A stretch of 64,000 nt of DNA, taken from Promethearchaeota archaeon (lineage in GTDB: Archaea; Asgardarchaeota; Lokiarchaeia; Sigyniarchaeales; SOKP01). Shown piece after piece: positions 10,171 through 20,048 of the stretch. The notes below the pieces were generated by a model. The model worked only from the letters and a program-made list of their open reading frames with translations. It did no database searches and had not been told where the DNA came from. The stretch covers positions 1-64,000 of the forward strand of contig JAGXNO010000003.1 in the NCBI GenBank assembly GCA_019894975.1, read 5' to 3'. The translations under genes were made by a program, and so were the position numbers. Position 1 is the stretch's first letter, and every line of letters starts with the position of its first letter.

Positions 10171-11595
10171 TTAAAAATTTAATCCTTTGAAGAAATTTAC
10201 GGTTGTAAACAAATTTTTACCACCGGTCCTAAGATAATTCATAGCGTCTTCAATACCTTCTATTGTCAGGTCATACATCGGTATAACACTAGAAATAATC
10301 TTACGAGTCCATGGGCTCCATTCTGGTCTTATCAACTCTGGATTAAGCCAAATGATTCCATTATTAAAATGATGTGCAATTTCTCGAATGTAATAAATCC
10401 CGGGCATTTCATTCCTGTGATAATAATATATCGAGCCATATTTCTCTGTTAATTCCCAACTAGCCATGGCAGCATCTCCGACCACAACAACCTTATACGA
10501 AGAATCATATTTTCTAAGAAAATCGTCAAATTCTAATGCTTCATCAGGATTTCTTCGAGCATTGTTATATAAAGTTTCATAAATACAGTTGTGAAAGTAG
10601 TAATGTTTAAAATCTTTCCAATGTGACATGTTATTGGCTGCTGAGAAAAGTAGATTTACAAGATGGGCATAAGGTGTCATACTCCCCCCCACATCCATGA
10701 GGAGTAAAATTTTTACATCATTTTTTCGTCGTTTATCAAATACAATTTCAATCTCCCCACCATTTTTAGCGGTTTTATTTATAGTGTCATCAATATTTAA
10801 TTCATCTTGTTTCCCAATTTCTTCGAGTTTCTTAAGCCTTTTTAGAGCTACTTTAATTTGTCTTGTATCAAGAACGATATCTTTCCTGTAATCTTTAAAC
10901 ATTCTTTTTTCAGCAATCTGTACTGCAGTTCGCATGCCAGCTCCACCTCCAATTCTCATCCCCATAGGATTTTGTCCGGAATTGCCAAAAGGAGAAGTTC
11001 CTTGCGTTCCAATCCAATGGTCTCCGAAATTATGTTCTTCATCCTGTTCTTGCATTAGTTGCTCAAGGTGCTTTTGTAACTCTTCGAGATTTGTGAACTG
11101 ACTTGTCATTTCTTGGAAAGCAGCACTATCTGACAATGCATTGAGATTTTTTTGAAGCCATTTCATAATTTCATCTTTGATATCATCCGGAGCGTCTGCA
11201 AGTAACATTCCATCAAGTTGATCGGCGTACTTTTCAAGCAATTCTTCGAGTAGTTCTTTGATATCTACCCCTGTAAGGTATTGTTGGTATTCCTTTATGA
11301 GAAGCTCTAAGCCTTCAAGAAGTTCGGGGAGAGTTATGGGTTTACTAAGCCACTCCCAGATTTCTTGCTTTAAATCTTCAGGGAATTGAACCATTGCATT
11401 TTTGAAGAAGTTCGCAAAGGAGATATCGAATATGTCAAAATGATGCTCATTTTTACAGAGGATTGAACGTGACGTATAATAAAACTCGACCATGTTATGG
11501 ATAAGCCCCTTATTGAGCGCTTCCAGTAGGGTCATATGTTCTGTTATACTTATTGGAAGTCTTTCTTTTAGGTAATAGAAAAATTCAACAAACAT
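10171..11595 (-). CDS. vWA domain protein (CoxE-like), MoxR partner
   Basis: LLMDVGGSM MIDAS motif, YFHNCIY, VGDA, WLNP; paralog of 45610..46848. Confidence 0.88.
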   Translation of the reverse strand: MFVEFFYYLKERLPISITEHMTLLEALNKGLIHNMVEFYYTSRSILCKNEHHFDIFDISFANFFKNAMVQFPEDLKQEIWEWLSKPITLPELLEGLELLIKEYQQYLTGVDIKELLEELLEKYADQLDGMLLADAPDDIKDEIMKWLQKNLNALSDSAAFQEMTSQFTNLEELQKHLEQLMQEQDEEHNFGDHWIGTQGTSPFGNSGQNPMGMRIGGGAGMRTAVQIAEKRMFKDYRKDIVLDTRQIKVALKRLKKLEEIGKQDELNIDDTINKTAKNGGEIEIVFDKRRKNDVKILLLMDVGGSMTPYAHLVNLLFSAANNMSHWKDFKHYYFHNCIYETLYNNARRNPDEALEFDDFLRKYDSSYKVVVVGDAAMASWELTEKYGSIYYYHRNEMPGIYYIREIAHHFNNGIIWLNPELIRPEWSPWTRKIISSVIPMYDLTIEGIEDAMNYLRTGGKNLFTTVNFFKGLNF

Positions 11596-11714
11596 TTGAA
11601 AGGTTTTTCGTAGTAATTTATCTTGGTATTATATAATATTGGGACTAATATAGATTTTTGCTAATAATTTAAAAAGAAATCTAGATATTAAACTAACTAG
11701 GTTTGAAGTGTAAA

Positions 11715-11788
11715 GAGGATAGAAATCTTATAGTCAATCCTGCCAAACACCACTGGATTTTTTAAGGTGAGATTTCGCCCCTATCCTC
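11715..11788. other. Long GC-enriched stem-loop, candidate structured RNA
   Basis: GAGGATAG/CTATCCTC, AAATCTTA/TGAGATTT and AATCC/GGATT nested pairings in an AT-rich intergenic region. Confidence 0.45.
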
Positions 11789-11934
11789 CCTTGATATTTC
11801 TTGGTCTTTAGATATTAAATAGTTTGCTACTAAAAACTCTAAATAGAGTCTTAGACTAGTTTTAGATTGAAAACCCAAATTTGATTAACTCAACTTTAAT
11901 CGGTGTTTAAATCCTTTCAGAAAGATAAAGTAAT

Positions 11935-12444
11935 ATGTTCTACACAATTTCTGCTGATTTAATATTTTATCAATTTGTAAGATTCACTAAAAAGTATTCG
12001 AATTCTGAACTTAAACTATATAACTATTTTTATAGTAAAACGGAAGGTATATCTCCCGAACTTGTCGTTGCAATCAACCAGTTTATCCTTTTTTTCGTGA
12101 AAAATGAAAATTATTTTGATTCTAAACCATTCTTAGATTCAATGAGACGAGAAGTTAAGGGTAAAAAGATCTTAATTATTAGAGCAGAAAAAATATTAAT
12201 TAATTTATTATTCAGCTTATTCCCTGATTTATATATACATAATGTCGCTTTAGAAGTAAATGATTCTTCAGGACGACAGGAAATTTCTTTGTATTTCTTA
12301 TCTTATAAAGAAAGGGGTATTGCAATCGGAAGAGGGGCTGAATATATCAAATGCGTCAATAATTTGTTTGCAAAACATATAAAATTTGAAAACAATCACA
12401 AACCGATTGAAATTAAATGTAAAAACTTAATCCCACAAGTTTGA
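11935..12444 (+). CDS. Divergent archaeal NusA-like KH-domain protein
   Basis: C-terminal KERGIAIGRGAEYIK resembles the archaeal NusA KH GxAIGxxG motif. Confidence 0.6.
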   Translation: MFYTISADLIFYQFVRFTKKYSNSELKLYNYFYSKTEGISPELVVAINQFILFFVKNENYFDSKPFLDSMRREVKGKKILIIRAEKILINLLFSLFPDLYIHNVALEVNDSSGRQEISLYFLSYKERGIAIGRGAEYIKCVNNLFAKHIKFENNHKPIEIKCKNLIPQV

Positions 12445-12495
12445 TGATGAATTCAAAGAATTAAAATTTATTAAAAAAACCTAGGAATCCCTTCC

Positions 12496-12861
12496 TTAAA
12501 ACCATTGAGTTGCATCTGCCTCCAACACCAAATCATTCAGAGTTGCGGCTCCGACAATTTTTACTCCAGGAATCAAATCGACTTTATCCCATCCTAGCAT
12601 TCTTTTTGACGCTTCACATACCAGAATTTCAATTCCCATATCCATTGTTTTATCTATCATTTCTTTTACACTTGGAAATCCCCCTAACTTGATTCCTTCA
12701 GCCGCACCAGGCTTTAATATCCTTAATCCTGTACCTAAATAATATACTATCGGTTTGATATCCATTGCTTTCGCAGTTTGAGCTAATACTAGTGGTGAAT
12801 ATTGGCGTTCTGGATCATGACTAGTTTGGACATATAGAATTACTTTTTCTTTTTCGTTTAT
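12496..12861 (-). CDS. DsrE/DsrF family protein
   Basis: Frame open upstream of the track start to ATA 12861 behind a GAGGTG RBS, adding VILYVQTSHDPERQYSPLVLAQTAKA; ILVCEAS and VGAATLNDL motifs. Confidence 0.8.
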   Translation of the reverse strand: MNEKEKVILYVQTSHDPERQYSPLVLAQTAKAMDIKPIVYYLGTGLRILKPGAAEGIKLGGFPSVKEMIDKTMDMGIEILVCEASKRMLGWDKVDLIPGVKIVGAATLNDLVLEADATQWF

Positions 12862-13079
12862 AATAAACCACCTCTTATTTTAGTGAAAATGTAGATTTAT
12901 TTCTGACTTACTTTTTTAGTAAATTTGTGTTATAGGCAAAGCATTTCAAAAGTTAATAAACATCACTTTTATGTTTCAAAAAGTAAAGTTAATATCCATT
13001 TATGTAAAATTTGTAGATTTCTTAATTAATTTATGGATTATTAAATTTGATAAATCTTCTCATTTGATCCTCTGAATTA

Positions 13080-13511
13080 TCATACATTTTCTCTTAAAAG
13101 ATAATATACTTTGCTTGAATTACACTTAGGGCAAGTTGTCTTTCGACTTTTTGTTGCAGACACATCTTCCCATTCATTGTTACATTCTAAGCATCCGTAA
13201 CCTATAAAGGGTTTTTTAAAATCGAAATTCCCTCCATAAACCCTTAGAGTTTTTCCTTCTATTAAAGCCTGAATAGTTTTTTTATGAGCATTTTCTAGGA
13301 CACGGGAGAATGTAGGCTGACTAATGCCCATACTCTCAGCGGAGACTTGCTGGTTTAAATTCATATAATGTTTAAGTCTCATAGCTTCGAATTCTGATAA
13401 TGTTAATATTATATAATTTTCTTTATTTTGAGGTATATCTGAGAAATAGATATTGTTAGGTGGTTCTTTAACCCATTTTCGACGAGTTTTTCTCCCCATT
13501 TTTGAATCCAC
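13080..13511 (-). CDS. DUF134 (UPF0251) HTH protein with C-terminal Zn ribbon
   Basis: LTLSEFEAMRL...QQVSAESMGISQPTFSRVLENAHKK; CLEC...CPKC. Confidence 0.9.
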   Translation of the reverse strand: MDSKMGRKTRRKWVKEPPNNIYFSDIPQNKENYIILTLSEFEAMRLKHYMNLNQQVSAESMGISQPTFSRVLENAHKKTIQALIEGKTLRVYGGNFDFKKPFIGYGCLECNNEWEDVSATKSRKTTCPKCNSSKVYYLLRENV

Positions 13512-13560
13512 CTAAAACTAATAAGATAGAAAATAAATGTTGTTATTGATATTAATATAT

Positions 13561-13576
13561 TTGAATATATATTCAT
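13561..13576. promoter_or_regulatory. Palindromic operator candidate TTGAATATATATTCAT
   Basis: TGAAT-N4-ATTCA palindrome ~50 bp upstream of the DUF134 gene; recurs at 14655. Confidence 0.45.
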
Positions 13577-13634
13577 TTTTAATATCATTGTATTGAATTA
13601 TAACAATAAAAATAAAAAAATAATTATAAAAAAA

Positions 13635-14135
13635 TTATTTTCGAATTTGCACTTTAGGCTTAATTGGACTTGCTCCCCCCATATTGGTTATAATTGGACA
13701 ATGAGAGAGAACTTTATCCATTAATTCATGGATCTTATCATCTGATGCATCTGCTTTTATCCTAATTACTGGTTCTAATTTATCATATCCTGCAAGTAGG
13801 TTATCGTCAATCCCAAAGATCGCACCTAGATTAATGTGACCTCGAGAATTTACCATCATACTCTCGATTTTAATATTCATGATTTTCGCCCAAAATCTAG
13901 TAACCGCAATTATACAAGCACCTATTGAAGCTAGAATCACTAGTAATGGAGAAGGTCCTTCATTAGTCCCATCCAAGCCCGAGGGCGCATCAATTAGCAG
14001 TTTAAAGGACTTTGCCCCCATTGTGCATTCTACTTGCATTCCCTCTGGTAGCATTTCACAAGCAACATTAAAGTTTTTTTCACCTTTATTTAGATCTTCT
14101 TTAATACTGCTATAGGTTTCATTAAAACTCGGAAT
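13635..14135 (-). CDS. OsmC family protein
   Basis: DAPSGLDGTNEGPSP..LASIGAC and HCPI motifs; frame open to ATT 14135 (track start is ATG 14054). Confidence 0.85.
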   Translation of the reverse strand: MPSFNETYSSIKEDLNKGEKNFNVACEMLPEGMQVECTMGAKSFKLLIDAPSGLDGTNEGPSPLLVILASIGACIIAVTRFWAKIMNIKIESMMVNSRGHINLGAIFGIDDNLLAGYDKLEPVIRIKADASDDKIHELMDKVLSHCPIITNMGGASPIKPKVQIRK

Positions 14136-14167
14136 TTTAATTCACTCTAATTTGGTTTTTTTTATTT

Positions 14168-14563
14168 CTATGAATTTCTACATTGGTGATTATGATTACT
14201 ATTATGGTGTTCTTCACAACTAGGGCCACCTAAGGGAGTTAATTTTCCATCCAAGAGCAATTTCAGGTTTTCATTAATTGAGTCATTTATTCCATGATAA
14301 ATATTTATCCCCGCTTGTAACATAGCTGCAAAGGGACGACCCCCAATACCACTCACAATCATATCTGTAACATTTTTTTCCTTCATGTCAAGAACAGTCT
14401 GCATGCATCCTGAATGGTTACTGTTATCTAATTCGAAAACCTTCTTAGGTTTATTACTATCAGAAATCTCAACTCCTAAGAAAAATTTACAGTGACCAAA
14501 ATGTTGAGAAAGATTATCAGAAAGTTTTGTACCATTTGAAGGAATTCCTATAATTTTTGTCAT
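14168..14563 (-). CDS. NifB/NifX (FeMo-co binding) family protein
   Basis: LSQHFGHCKFF, IVSGIGGRP, His/Cys-rich tail. Confidence 0.88.
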   Translation of the reverse strand: MTKIIGIPSNGTKLSDNLSQHFGHCKFFLGVEISDSNKPKKVFELDNSNHSGCMQTVLDMKEKNVTDMIVSGIGGRPFAAMLQAGINIYHGINDSINENLKLLLDGKLTPLGGPSCEEHHNSNHNHQCRNS

Positions 14564-14654
14564 TTCTATCAGAATTTGTGATATATTTGTATTTTTAATA
14601 ATTATTCATTTTTTCCTTATAATAAGTACTAAGGATTGCTAATATAAAAGGCTT

Positions 14655-14670
14655 TTGAATGATTATTCAT
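14655..14670. promoter_or_regulatory. Palindromic operator candidate TTGAATGATTATTCAT
   Basis: Second TGAAT-N4-ATTCA copy, upstream of the NifX-family gene. Confidence 0.4.
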
Positions 14671-14746
14671 AAAAACTTCAAAAACAAATAAATTTACTAA
14701 ATTATTAAGACTAATGAAATAATTGAATTTTATGCATGAATAAGCA

Positions 14747-15127
14747 TTAATCTTTTATAAGATGGGAATTGGAGTTGGTTAGTCTAGTTAATTTGTCTTG
14801 AATATACATTTCAACACATTGTTTTACAAGTAAACCTTCCCCAACAATTTGAAATATTACCATTCCCTGAGATTCTAAGGATTTAAATGCTTTAGATCCA
14901 ATGAATTGCACAAGTGTTATTGAAGCATTATTATCCTTAACAATGCTTGCTACATATGTGCCCAAGTTTCCCGCTACTCCAGTTGTACGAATTGGAACTG
15001 CTTTAACTGAAGTTATTTTCTTTTCTTTCAATGATACGATGGTTATACTCTCACTTTTCCCAAAGCGTTTAATAATTGGCTCATTCAATCCGCCATTTCC
15101 TTTGGAAGGTACAGCTATGATAGACAT
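14747..15127 (-). CDS. NifB/NifX family protein (divergent)
   Basis: IAVPS...RFGKSESITIV, IGSKAFKSL pattern; tandem with a homolog. Confidence 0.75.
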   Translation of the reverse strand: MSIIAVPSKGNGGLNEPIIKRFGKSESITIVSLKEKKITSVKAVPIRTTGVAGNLGTYVASIVKDNNASITLVQFIGSKAFKSLESQGMVIFQIVGEGLLVKQCVEMYIQDKLTRLTNSNSHLIKD

Positions 15128-15194
15128 CTTCTTGATTCTAACCTTCGTTTAATTAAATGAAAAATCTGATGAATAGTTAATTCTTTTAAAATTT

Positions 15195-16118
15195 CTATTT
15201 AATTAAAACCTCTAGATTTCTCTTTATTACAGGAAAGTAATCTTTTGCATTAGAAGGATAAAACATTTTAAGCTTTTTACATAAAGAATCCAGCAAAAGT
15301 TCCTCTGGTTTTCCTTCTAATATCAATTTAGTTTCTTCTTCTGAAATATCTTCTAATCTTTTTATATTCTTAAACGCTTTTTGATTAGCAGGACACTGCG
15401 ATTGGCATTTCATGCATCCTATTAAAGCATTATGGGCATTATGGTCTATCCACTTTGGGATTTCACCAGGGATTTCATTATATAAAGGAATACATTTTTC
15501 CACATTAATTACAAAATCACCTTTAGTTGAAGAGGGTATAGCGCCAGTAGGACAGTTCTTAAAGCAAATTTCACACTTTTCACACATATCCATTATCGAT
15601 AATTCACTCCAATTATCTTTTTTAAAATCGAAATCAGTAAAATATGCATAGAGAGAGATGGAACTACCCCAATCATCGACATAACAAATATTATTTCTTC
15701 CATATTTCCCCAACCCACTTCTAACAGCTAAAAGTTTTAAATGTACATTAGCAAACTCAACATCATGTTCCGGTTCCTTGATGATATCATTTAAAATTAA
15801 ATTTTCTAAATCTTCATATTCCAAACCATCATCATAATAGTTTGGGGGGATTGGTATATCGTAGATTTTACCATCTAATTGAAAATTAACATACCCTAAT
15901 TTTGTAGATATCGCTAAGATTACTAACGATCTAGCTTGAGGTAATTTATTAGGAATTTTAAATATTTTATTTTTTAAATAACCTCTATAAGTTGCATGAT
16001 CACTGAGTTTTCCTGCGGAATCTAATTTATCGAAATCATTTTGTAGCTCTTCTAAATGATCTACTGACAGAGTGGAGTATTTGTATTCATAATCGGAAAC
16101 TTTTGTTGAAAATCTCAT
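15195..16118 (-). CDS. QueG/reductive-dehalogenase-like 4Fe-4S (cobalamin) protein
   Basis: KLLAVRSGLGKYGRNN, CEKCEICFKNCPTGAI, GCMKCQSQCP. Confidence 0.8.
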   Translation of the reverse strand: MRFSTKVSDYEYKYSTLSVDHLEELQNDFDKLDSAGKLSDHATYRGYLKNKIFKIPNKLPQARSLVILAISTKLGYVNFQLDGKIYDIPIPPNYYDDGLEYEDLENLILNDIIKEPEHDVEFANVHLKLLAVRSGLGKYGRNNICYVDDWGSSISLYAYFTDFDFKKDNWSELSIMDMCEKCEICFKNCPTGAIPSSTKGDFVINVEKCIPLYNEIPGEIPKWIDHNAHNALIGCMKCQSQCPANQKAFKNIKRLEDISEEETKLILEGKPEELLLDSLCKKLKMFYPSNAKDYFPVIKRNLEVLIK

Positions 16119-16269
16119 TTATTTCACATTTTATGGTTAAGTTGGAGTTCTTTGTACCTATTTTTGAAATTATTTAAAACTTTTTTTTAGTTTTAGAGTA
16201 TATTCAAATATCTTGAAGTGACAAAAAATCTCTTTATGACAAAAAGAAGTTATTAATTTCTAGCAGCTA

Positions 16270-16380
16270 TTAAAAGAGTGCTAAAAGTACATCTTTAAGG
16301 AAGTCTACCGTAGTAGATTAATTTTTTCCACCACTTCTCAAGTAATCCATCGCTTGCTCAATACCTTTAATTATTAAATT
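16270..16380 (-). pseudogene. Remnant of vWA gene 3' end (copy of 45610..45720)
   Basis: Translates NLIIKGIEQAMDYLRSGGKN*STTVDFLKDVLLALF*, versus HLTIKGIEQAMSFLRSGGKNQYTTVDLLKDVPLALF* in the intact gene. Confidence 0.85.
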
Positions 16381-17334
16381 TTAATTATGGAATTATCTGT
16401 ATAATTTATAAAATTAAAGAAATTAGTCTTAAAGCATTGAATTTAATTAGGTGGAGAATAATGATCTTGCGATATACAAAAAGCATATCGGTAACTAATA
16501 AATCTCACTTTTATGTTCAGAAGAAAAGGTGAATTTTCTTAAAGATTTTATAAGAGAATTTTAATGGAATTAAGAAAATATTGAAATAATAGAGGAAATT
16601 TAATCATATCTAATTTGAAAGGAATAAAAGGGAGGAAGGAATGTAATTATTTTTGGGATGGCTTTTTCGCAAGTTTATTGCCTGGGATTGTATTTATTAC
16701 TATCATTTTGCAATTTTTTATCTCATAAATGACTGAATTTTTTTTAACTAATTACACTTGATCACCAATAAATAAAAAAAAAGTTGAAAAATAAAATTTA
16801 TCTATTTAGACTTATGAATAATCTACTGAAACATAAGTATTTTATACATTTATCTTTTAGAATTCAAAATTAGTTAATAAAAATGGTATAATAATTGATA
16901 ATTTATAGAGAAAAAAAATAACTAGAGTATTTTGTTATCTTGTTTTTCATAATTTGAACTATAATTATGATAAAAATGTATCATATTATGGATTCTGATT
17001 AAGTGAGGATAATTATATTCATTGGTTCTTGCTATTTTAGAATATCCGTGATCTTTTTCGTGTATGATTATTCCCATAATGATCACAATTCTTTCGCCAA
17101 ACTATGGAGAGAATATAGGATTTCGAAACATTTATATATATAAGTTTGCATTCATTTATTGGAAAGGTCAATTTTTCCGGTTTTCATAGGTCACTATTAT
17201 TCTAAGTCTCAATTAAAAATTAAAAGTTGAAAGGGGAACTGACGAAATTCATATATGGAATTATTAAAAGGTAGATCAAGAATTGATCTTTTCGATAATA
17301 AATATTAAATTATAAAAAAAAACAAAAAAAAGAG

Positions 17335-17946
17335 TTGATCATGAAAACTATATTGTTTGATGCTTTAGGGGATAAGAATTTTTCCGTATATTCAATTAGA
17401 GATTTGGATGCTGAAGTTAAGGATGAGGATATTGAAGAATTGATTGGAAAAATTAAGCATATACCTGTACATTTTGCTACAATAGATTTAGGATATATAA
17501 AATTAAGAGAATTTAATCAAACTCATTTAGCAAAAGTATTAAAAAACTTCGAAATACCTATTTTTACAATAGAATTACCACACTATGTAAAAGGACATTA
17601 TGCAAGTCAAATTAGTGAGATTCAGAATAAGTACAATGAATTAAATACTACATATAATTCATTAAAAGATAAAAATTCTCCAGGTGCTCATGAGTTAAGT
17701 TATTTGATTGATTATTACTCAAAAGAACTAATGGAATTAAATGATTATCTAAATCAACAGATACGAACTAAATCAATTGTTGAGAAAATTTTAAGCGTAA
17801 TAAAAGATCGAGATAGTAAAAATTTAACTTTTGTACATTTTGGTAAGGAGAACACTTTTGTTGAAATAATGAAACAATTGAAAGAACGAAACGTAAAATC
17901 TAATATAATCTTCATTCAAAAGTCAAAATTTTTGCATTCTATATAA
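17335..17946 (+). CDS. Uncharacterised protein, paralog of 36551..37204 and of the N-terminus of 37192..38868
   Basis: Shared FATIDL, IP..I(E/N).P.Y..G, KIL..I and TFVHF blocks. Confidence 0.7.
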   Translation: MIMKTILFDALGDKNFSVYSIRDLDAEVKDEDIEELIGKIKHIPVHFATIDLGYIKLREFNQTHLAKVLKNFEIPIFTIELPHYVKGHYASQISEIQNKYNELNTTYNSLKDKNSPGAHELSYLIDYYSKELMELNDYLNQQIRTKSIVEKILSVIKDRDSKNLTFVHFGKENTFVEIMKQLKERNVKSNIIFIQKSKFLHSI

Positions 17947-17982
17947 TTACTAACAATTTTTTGATTAGTTATAGGGTTAATT

Positions 17983-19551
17983 ATGCTTAAAAAAGAAAAT
18001 TCAGAAAAGCAATATGATTTGGTGATTATAGGCGCAGGTCCAGGTGGTTATCATGCGGCCATTAGAGCTGCCCAGTATGGGGCCAAAGTAGCATTAATAG
18101 AAAAAAATAGGTTGGGTGGAACGTGTTTAAATAGGGGATGTATTCCCACAAAAGCTTTACTTGCTTCTGCTCACTATCTTGAAAAACTTCATGATGCTGA
18201 AGAATTTGGAATCTTAATTAAGGATTATATTGTAAATTTTGAAAAAGTTGTTGAGAGAAAAAATAAAATAGTAAATGAACTTGGTAGCGGAATTGCAAAT
18301 CTTCTAAAGTCTTGGAAAAATGATGTCTATCTAGGTCACGGTAAAATTCTTGGAGGAACTTCCGAAGTGGGTTTTCATATTTTAATTCAAGGAGAAAATA
18401 TTTATGAAACCATTCTTGCAAAAAGAGTTATAATAGCTACGGGTTCAACTCCCGCTTTGATTTCTAATTTTAATATAGATCATGAGAGAATATTGACTAG
18501 TGATGATATCTTAGATCCTAATTTCAAGACTATCCCGAAGCGATTATTAATTATTGGTGCTGGAGTGATTGGATGTGAGTTTGCTGACATTTTTGCGACT
18601 TTTGGGAGTAAAGTAACATTATTAGAGTATCTTCCATCGCTAATAGCCGCAGAGGAGCCAATAATCATAAAACATTTACAAAAAAAGTTCGATTCAGTGG
18701 GTATTAAGATTTTCACTTCACAAAATGTCTTATCTGTTGAAAATGAAGGTTCCAATGTAAAGGCTATCACCTGTTCTGCTTCGGTTCCTAGAGATGATAT
18801 CGAAAAGGCAGAAAAATCTATTTATGAAGCAGATTTATGTTTAGTTTCAATTGGAAGAAATAAAGTATCAAAAAACTTAGGATTAGAGGAATTAGGGATT
18901 GAAACTAGGAGGGGCGCAATTGAAGTTGATCCTGATACGCTAGAAACAGCTGTTAATGGGATATATGCTATAGGTGATGTGACTGGAGGGCTTATGCTTG
19001 CTCACGTAGCTAGCTATGAAGGAGATATAGCTGTAGCAAACGCTCTTTCTAGTCTTGGAATATTTAAAAATCATCCGGGGAGAACAAATTATAGAGTTGT
19101 ACCTTCTACGATCTTTACAAGTCCCAATATCGGTTCAGTCGGACTCAAAAGAAAACAAGCTAAAGAATTAGGAATTGATGTCTTAGTAGGACAATTTCCA
19201 TATGAATCTCTTGGGAAAGCAAAATGTATGGGAGATAAAGGACTTTTAATAATCTTAGCAGATAAGCATACAACTCAAATCGTCGGTGCTTCGTGTATAG
19301 GTGAAAGTGCCTCAGAATTGATTGCTGAGATTTCACTTGCGATGCAAAATGGATTAACAATTGAAGACATCACAGGTACAATACATAGTCATCCAACACT
19401 CTCAGAAATGGTGTTAGAGGCAGCAGAAGCTGTTGTAGGACGAGCTATCCATAAGAAAGGAAGACCAATTACACCAAGATTAAGAGATATTTTAATGGAA
19501 CAAGTACCTTTTGAAATTAAATTGAAAAAGCCCAAGATCTACTCAAAATAA
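17983..19551 (+). CDS. lpdA: Dihydrolipoyl dehydrogenase
   Basis: GAGPGG, GGTCLNRGCIPTK redox disulfide, GAGVIGCE, HSHPTLSE. Confidence 0.95.
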   Translation: MLKKENSEKQYDLVIIGAGPGGYHAAIRAAQYGAKVALIEKNRLGGTCLNRGCIPTKALLASAHYLEKLHDAEEFGILIKDYIVNFEKVVERKNKIVNELGSGIANLLKSWKNDVYLGHGKILGGTSEVGFHILIQGENIYETILAKRVIIATGSTPALISNFNIDHERILTSDDILDPNFKTIPKRLLIIGAGVIGCEFADIFATFGSKVTLLEYLPSLIAAEEPIIIKHLQKKFDSVGIKIFTSQNVLSVENEGSNVKAITCSASVPRDDIEKAEKSIYEADLCLVSIGRNKVSKNLGLEELGIETRRGAIEVDPDTLETAVNGIYAIGDVTGGLMLAHVASYEGDIAVANALSSLGIFKNHPGRTNYRVVPSTIFTSPNIGSVGLKRKQAKELGIDVLVGQFPYESLGKAKCMGDKGLLIILADKHTTQIVGASCIGESASELIAEISLAMQNGLTIEDITGTIHSHPTLSEMVLEAAEAVVGRAIHKKGRPITPRLRDILMEQVPFEIKLKKPKIYSK

Positions 19552-19596
19552 AAAATTTCTTATTCTCTTATTTTAAACTTTATTACAAATTAAAAA

Positions 19597-19845
19597 GTGT
19601 CGGAAAGAGTGAATATGAAATACAAATTGAATAAAAAAAGAAAAACTGAAAACTTAGATGGGTATAAGAAAAATCCAGAATTCTTCAGAATCCCAATAAT
19701 ACCAATTAATTATAATTCATTATGGGGAAGATTATTTAATACCAAAATCCCTCCAAAGGATTGGAAATTTGAATCAAACCATACCTTTAAAATAGTTAAT
19801 AATGATATTAATCTGGATGCAAAATTAAAGTCTAAAAAAAAATGA
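19597..19845 (+). CDS. Small basic hypothetical protein
   Basis: ORF downstream of lpdA; weak similarity to the ORF at 39867. Confidence 0.45.
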   Translation: MSERVNMKYKLNKKRKTENLDGYKKNPEFFRIPIIPINYNSLWGRLFNTKIPPKDWKFESNHTFKIVNNDINLDAKLKSKKK

Positions 19846-20048
19846 GATGGAGATTAGTATTTAATGTTTTTTTTTAATTTTTAATACCTAAATTCAGTGT
19901 TTTTTATGTAAGTAAGAATTTGAATGACTATAACAACTACCAATTTTGTTTTTATAAAGTATAAAAAAAGAGTATAAAGAAAATATTTGGATATTGCATG
20001 TAACTATCGATATAAGTAATTAATGCATTATTTTAAACAAAAATTAAT

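Noticed and set aside
17225-17265. Hammerhead ribozyme (CUGACGA) or lysine riboswitch (GAAAGGGG..CGAA) resemblance
   Set aside because: No GAAA after stem II and none of the other lysine-riboswitch elements.
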